Assembly (NCBI GenBank): GCA_964106915.2
Contig: OZ066927.1
Length of the DNA stretch: 64,000 nucleotides
Strand: one strand, 5' to 3'
Origin: Podarcis gaigeae
Taxonomy: Eukaryota
The position numbers and the translations under genes were made by a program. Positions 63,797 through 64,000 of this stretch are shown piece after piece. Numbering within the stretch: the first letter of the stretch is position 1; every line of letters starts with the position of its first letter. The notes beneath the pieces were generated by a model, which did not search any database, was not told the origin of the DNA, and saw nothing but the letters and a program-made list of their open reading frames with translations.

Positions 63797-63802
63797 AATA
63801 AA
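63797..63802 (+). terminator. Probable C15orf61 polyadenylation signal
   Basis: AATAAA about 240 nt after the stop codon, followed by T/GT-rich sequence. Confidence 0.55.
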
Positions 63803-64000
63803 TATAATAATGAAAATATACATTGTTGGGAATTGTCTTTCCTTATTTACTGATCATGTATCTTTTGGTGCAGTATCATAAAAGATATTGTTGCCCAACA
63901 CTTATAACACTATCCAAATGTGACTACCTCAGGGATAGCCTGCATGGTGCCTCTGGATTCTTCTGGACTACATTTCCCATCAGCCCCAGCCAGAAAGGCC

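Overview
This is a vertebrate genomic window. The SINE, LINE and MITE content suggests a squamate, probably a lacertid lizard. It holds the last 13 coding exons of IQCH on the + strand (1..58821; splice phases are consistent and give 636 aa in the window) and the complete coding sequence of the C15orf61 orthologue (+, 62177..63560, 168 aa) behind a CpG-island promoter with two NRF1-like sites. The introns carry L2 and CR1 LINE remnants, tRNA- and 5S-derived SINEs, hAT and Tc1/pogo MITEs, microsatellites and two assembly gaps. They also carry many TAAT-rich, CpG-retaining unique blocks that look like conserved non-coding enhancers. The most unusual object is a perfect 123-bp-arm palindrome at 30609..30857, set between (TA)n tracts inside a CR1 fragment. 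Each arm carries a minimal hammerhead ribozyme core of the Penelope-like-element type. Other leads are an ATP-grasp-like motif series in IQCH, an apparently invariant IQCH exon embedded in enhancer-like DNA, a candidate in-frame 126-nt cassette exon, an N-terminally extended C15orf61, and a MITE family carrying the ZNF143/THAP11 motif. Comparisons with human sequences and repeat families are from memory; no searches were run, and repeat boundaries are approximate unless a TSD or TIR is given.
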